Source: Vicugna vicugna (taxonomy: Eukaryota). From it: a stretch of 64,000 bases of DNA. The DNA lies in contig MU057781.1 in the NCBI GenBank assembly GCA_013265495.1, positions 1,054,001-1,118,000 of the forward strand. Reading direction: 5' to 3'. This document shows positions 60,135-64,000 of the stretch, piece by piece. Every line of letters starts with the position of its first letter. The stretch's first letter is position 1. Below the pieces are notes generated by a model, which had not been told where the DNA came from, did no database searches, and saw only the letters and a program-made list of their open reading frames with translations. Made by a program: the position numbers and the translations under genes.

Positions 60135-60275
60135 AGTAATGAGAAGTGGTGATGTCTTGGAACCAGACAGAGGTGGTGGTACACATGTGAATGCTCCAAA
60201 TGCCACTGAATTCTTCACTTTAGGATGGTCAATTTTACATTATGTGAATTTCATCTCCATTAAAAAAAACAAGAA
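60135..60275 (+). mobile_element. L1MB/MC-type 3' end with A tail
   Basis: ggaaccagacagaggtggtggtacacatgtgaatgctccaaatgccactgaattcttcactttaggatggtcaattttacattatgtgaatttcatctccattaaaaaaaac follows the typical old-L1 terminus. Confidence 0.7.
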
Positions 60276-60709
60276 GTATTGTGAACAGTTGATTTTAATT
60301 TTTGTAAAGTTGAAATGGCAATAATCTCTCAAATATAAAGGCTTACAGGGCTGGGAAGGCCCAGGCCAGGAGACCTCAAGAAAGGAGCGGTTGCCAGAGG
60401 TTCCCAGGCCCACTCAACTGACCATTCACACACCATGCTGGGCACTCCGCAGTGTGTCTGCTGCAGCAGCCCAGGCACAGGGGGCTGGGCTGCTGGCTCC
60501 TTTGCCTCCTGCACATACAAGCTGCCCCCTTGCTACACCTCACTGTTCCGGTGGAGGTAAGTGAAAATAATGAGTTCCCTTCATTTCTGTTGGGGCCTTC
60601 AGCAGGAAATGGAATGGGAGCTGAGTGGGGCTCTTGCTGAGCCCCACCTTTACAGAGATGCTTCCGGGGGCCCTGGGAGGAGGCAGCCTGACTGAGATTT
60701 GGGTGGTTC

Positions 60710-61780
60710 CTCCGTCAGGATGAGGTACCTTCTTGTGTTCCTAGTTTGCTAAGCATTTCCATTACGAATCCGTGCATTTTAGCAAATGCTTCTCCCCCAC
60801 ACCATCTGAGGTGCGCGTAAGCTTGTCTTTCCTTCGATCTGTTCACCTGTGACATCTGTAGGGTTTCGGTCGGACGGGCCGAGGAAATGTTCCGTTTCTC
60901 TTTCTTCTTTCTCTTCTCACCTGCCGTTCCTGAGCGGTCAGGGGGCGGGGCCTGGACCGGCCAGTGGGAGGACCGGGGAGGCGGCTTTTTCTTTCATTTT
61001 TTCTACTTGGGGAGATTTGTACAGACCGATGCAAACGGTTTCTTAAAAAGTGCAACAAAAGACACAGTGAAACTGAAACGCTGTCTGTGGGGACGCGGAC
61101 CCCCCGCTCTTCCTGGCGGAGCGGCTGCTGCTTCGCTTTCCTTCGTGGGTCCCTGAGCTCTGCTCCCGGGACTTCATCCTCTCCGCCTGAACTTCTGAGT
61201 ATATGGCCACGAGGTTGTTCATAATATTCTCCTATTGCCTGAAAGTCGCTGATGCGCCTCCAGTCTGTGTCTGTTTTCTCTCTCATCCTGCTCATCTGTG
61301 CCTTCTCTGCTTCTTTCTCGATCCTCCTCACAGGGATGTGTGAGGCTTTTTGAGGTTTTTTCTCCCGAACAACCAATTTTGTTTTTGTTTTTGGTGGGAG
61401 GGGGAGGGGGTACTTAGGTTTATTTATTTCTACTTGTCTTTTAAGGGAGGTGCCGGGCTGAACCCAGGGCCCCGTGCACGCTCTGCGCGCGCTCTGCCCG
61501 CGCCACGTCCTCCCTGCGGAGCGCCCAGGGCTGTCTGCATCGTGCTGCCTGCTCGTGTGTGTTTGGGAGCCTTTTCTCTGCCTTCCTTGAGGTATTTTCC
61601 CTGCTCTTGCTCTGACTTCTTGAATTAGGCCTTAGCATAAAGCCTCTGACCTTTCTCCCCATGTGAACATTTAAAGCTAAAAGGTCCTTCTCGATGCTGC
61701 TGTAGTGACGGTCAGCCTTCGGCCCTCCTGAGGTCATTTCTTCTGTGTCCCATGGGAGATTCAGAAGTGTGTTCTAAAAC
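60710..61780 (-). mobile_element. Degenerate LINE-1 ORF2 fragment (region after the endonuclease domain)
   Basis: Minus frames give EKAQMSRMREK...IGEYYEQ and LLALNVHMGRK, resembling L1 ORF2 EKTQINKIRNEK...IREYYEQ and FIALNAYIRK; many frameshifts. Confidence 0.7.
61375..61514 (-). mobile_element. Diverged Vic-1-like tRNA SINE inserted into an old L1
   Basis: Plus-strand ggaggtgccgggctgaacccagggccccgtgcacg...gtcctccc resembles the reverse complement of the 47.5-kb SINE; T-rich tail upstream. Confidence 0.65.
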
Positions 61781-62149
61781 TGGAGGCGTGGGCGGCGCCG
61801 GTCGCTCCCAGAGGCTGGAGGACAGCCCGCCCCCCGTCAGCACCTTCAGTCTCTCGAGGGTCCTCTTCCTCCCCTCCCAGGACCTTGAGAGGACACTGGG
61901 TCACCCAGACAGTCCAGGACCAGCTCCCCATCCAGGACCCCTCACCGAGCTGCCCCTTTTGTCCCGTCAGGTCACACACTCTCAGGGTCTGGGGACCAGG
62001 CCGCGGGCGTCTTTGGGGCCGTTACTCTGCTGACCGCATGGGATGATGCTGCGCCCTTCCAGACAATGCTGGCGACACAGAGCAGCAGAGCAAGGAAGGC
62101 CCTCCTGGTCACGGTGTGTGGACGGCTGCGCGCTCAGCGGGAAAAAGGG

Positions 62150-62290
62150 ACTTAGACCTCACCTCAGGCTGTTCGCAAAAATCAATTTCAGAGGGAAGGT
62201 AGATAAAAACATGAAAGGCAAAAAAAGATGTTTAGAAGATATCACAGAATATCTTCATCATCTTCAGATAAGACAAAGAAGTTTTTAAGG
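62150..62290 (+). mobile_element. Old L1M ORF2 3' fragment, sense orientation
   Basis: aaaatcaatttcagagggaaggtagataaaaacatgaaaggc...ttagaagatatcacagaatatcttcatcatcttcagataagacaaaga resembles the L1M consensus as recalled. Confidence 0.55.
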
Positions 62291-63149
62291 CCCCCAAAGC
62301 GCCAGGAGGAGGAGGACACACAGGACTGTGTCAGGATACTCGGCTCATCCAGAGGCAGCGCTTAGGAGGCTGGAAAGACAAGCTGCCGCGTGGAGGGCAC
62401 GGCCGCAGCTCGTGCTAACGATCGGAAGTTATTCCGAAGTACGTATGGAGACCCTGCGAACCTGAAGGACAAAGCCCAGAGAACCCGACAGAAAAACTGG
62501 CAGAAGACTGGAGCAGACGAGGACATCAGAGGGGCCGCAAAACGCGGAAGGGGCTCTGCCTCACGGGGCAGGGTGCCCGCGGCCCCCGCCCGCCCGGCCG
62601 AACCGGGGTGGGCCCGGCCCCTTCCTGCCCCTTCCTGCCCGTCCCCGACGGCTCCTTCCACCGCAGCGGGGTTTCCTGGGGAAGCGCGTCTCGGAGCCTG
62701 CGCTTGCGCGCACGAAGGTGCCTTCTGCCTTCTAACCGGGCCTTCTGACCCCTGGCAGAGATGTGGCTGTCGGTGGGGTGGGTGAGACAGCCCTCCCGGC
62801 TGCTCGTCTCTGCTTGTCCCACCGTTCTCTGTTCCGCGGCCCCTCCTCTCCTGCCTTTTGTGATCAGCCGAGTGCTGCTCTCGAGTCCACTTCACAGTCT
62901 CCGTGGGGGCATCGGCGGCCGCGCCCGTCTCGCTTTCCAGGGGCTGCGCCGGCCACATCGCTAGTCCATCAGGCCTGCGCTCTGGCACCAGGCCGCCCTG
63001 CGCGTGGGGCTGGCGGCTCCCTCGTCCCTCGGCCTTCGCTGCCCTGTGGCTTCCGTTCACGCCTTGTGAGGCCCCGCAGCACCCCGCTGGCCTGGTTCAG
63101 CTCCGAGCTGTCAGAAGCTCCTGAAGAGGTCTCAGATTAAGAAGAAAGC

Positions 63150-64000
63150 GTCGTATTGACCCAGACTTCCAGTTTCTGGTGGTGCTTCTCTCTTCTCCTC
63201 TGCTTTCTGCCTGGAGAACGTCCCGCAGCATTTCTGGGCGCGAATGCTTCAGCTTTTCTGCTTCTGAAAAAGTATTTCAGTGCTGCTTTTGAAAGTCACT
63301 TTCAGAATTTCCACATCGGCAGACATTTTCTCCGATGCTTCGAAGGTGGTGCTCGCCGTCTGCCCGCGCCGCGTCGGCCGAGAGGTCTGCGGCCAGCCTC
63401 GTGCTTGTTTCTGGGCACAAACTGCGCCTTTTCTCTCCGGCTGCTTTAAAAATAATCCCTCGTTTTAATCCATCCGACTGCAGTGGTCCCTGGAGTAGTT
63501 CTGTTTCTTGCGTTTGGGGTTCACCGAACTCGATCTGTAGGGTTAGCGTGTCCATCAAAGCTGGGGAGAAACCTGGCCAGTGTGAACTCAGGCACACGCC
63601 CCGCCGGCGAAGACGCCAGTCTCAGGCGTGTTACGCTGCTTTGCCGAGTCAGCGCTCCCTGGGGCTCCGTCCTTGCCTCCAGTTTCTCCTGCTGTTACTT
63701 CTCCAAGCCCCCCGGCGCCCTCTCCTGCGGTGCTGAGCTGCGGTTAACGCTGCCAGGGCACATCTCTCACGAGCAGAGGTCCAGCTGGGCCCGTTTTGTG
63801 CCTCCTACATCTCTGTCCCCTCTCCCCTCCACCTCCTGGAGCCGTGGGACACAGTCACGGGGGCGGTCTCAGTGCCGTTGACTGTCCCCTGTGTCGCCCC
63901 TGGGCCCTCGCACGCCAGTGATTTTCGATTGGATGTCAGACGTTTTGAGTTCACCGTGTTGGGTCCTGGACGTTGTGTTACTTCTGTACCCCGAGCTTTG
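63150..64000 (-). mobile_element. Degenerate old LINE-1 (L1M-type) ORF1-region fragment
   Basis: Motifs such as gtttggggttcaccgaactcgatctgtagggttagcgtgtccatcaaagctggggagaaa resemble antisense L1M ORF1; collinear with the ORF2 fragment at 60.7-61.8 kb. Confidence 0.55.

Noticed and set aside
60125-64000. Next upstream CFAP46 exon
   Set aside because: No frame with convincing CFAP46 similarity and a phase-1 donor; the interval is mostly L1/SINE remnants

Overview
GC-rich mammalian genomic DNA with five N gaps, syntenic with the human INPP5A - NKX6-2 - CFAP46 region. A tRNA-derived SINE resembling the camelid Vic-1 family points to a camelid genome (inference). The window holds the last six coding exons and 3'UTR of INPP5A (+, 15016-~32390; 1-15015 is intron). 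NKX6-2 (-) lies in a CpG island, with its start codon and all of exon 3 hidden in assembly gaps. The last nine coding exons of CFAP46/TTC40 (-, 60124-55535) follow. There are also old L1/L2 remnants, two SINEs, minisatellites and many AT-rich, TAAT-dense islands that look like NKX6-2 enhancers. Nearly all ORFs in the supplied track are spurious GC-rich frames. Most interesting: (1) the spliced CFAP46 C-terminus reads like a catalytically dead separase/caspase-fold (C50/CHAT) domain; (2) a 137-nt exon completes that domain, and skipping it gives the frame I recall for the human reference C-terminus, which is closed by a stop here; (3) a 70-nt U12-type intron in CFAP46; (4) an internal donor in the last INPP5A coding exon would swap the CAAX tail for a non-prenylated tail; (5) two short near-exact direct duplications (31 and 42 nt) 2.5-3 kb apart, either real or assembly artefacts. 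All homologue comparisons are from memory; no search was run.
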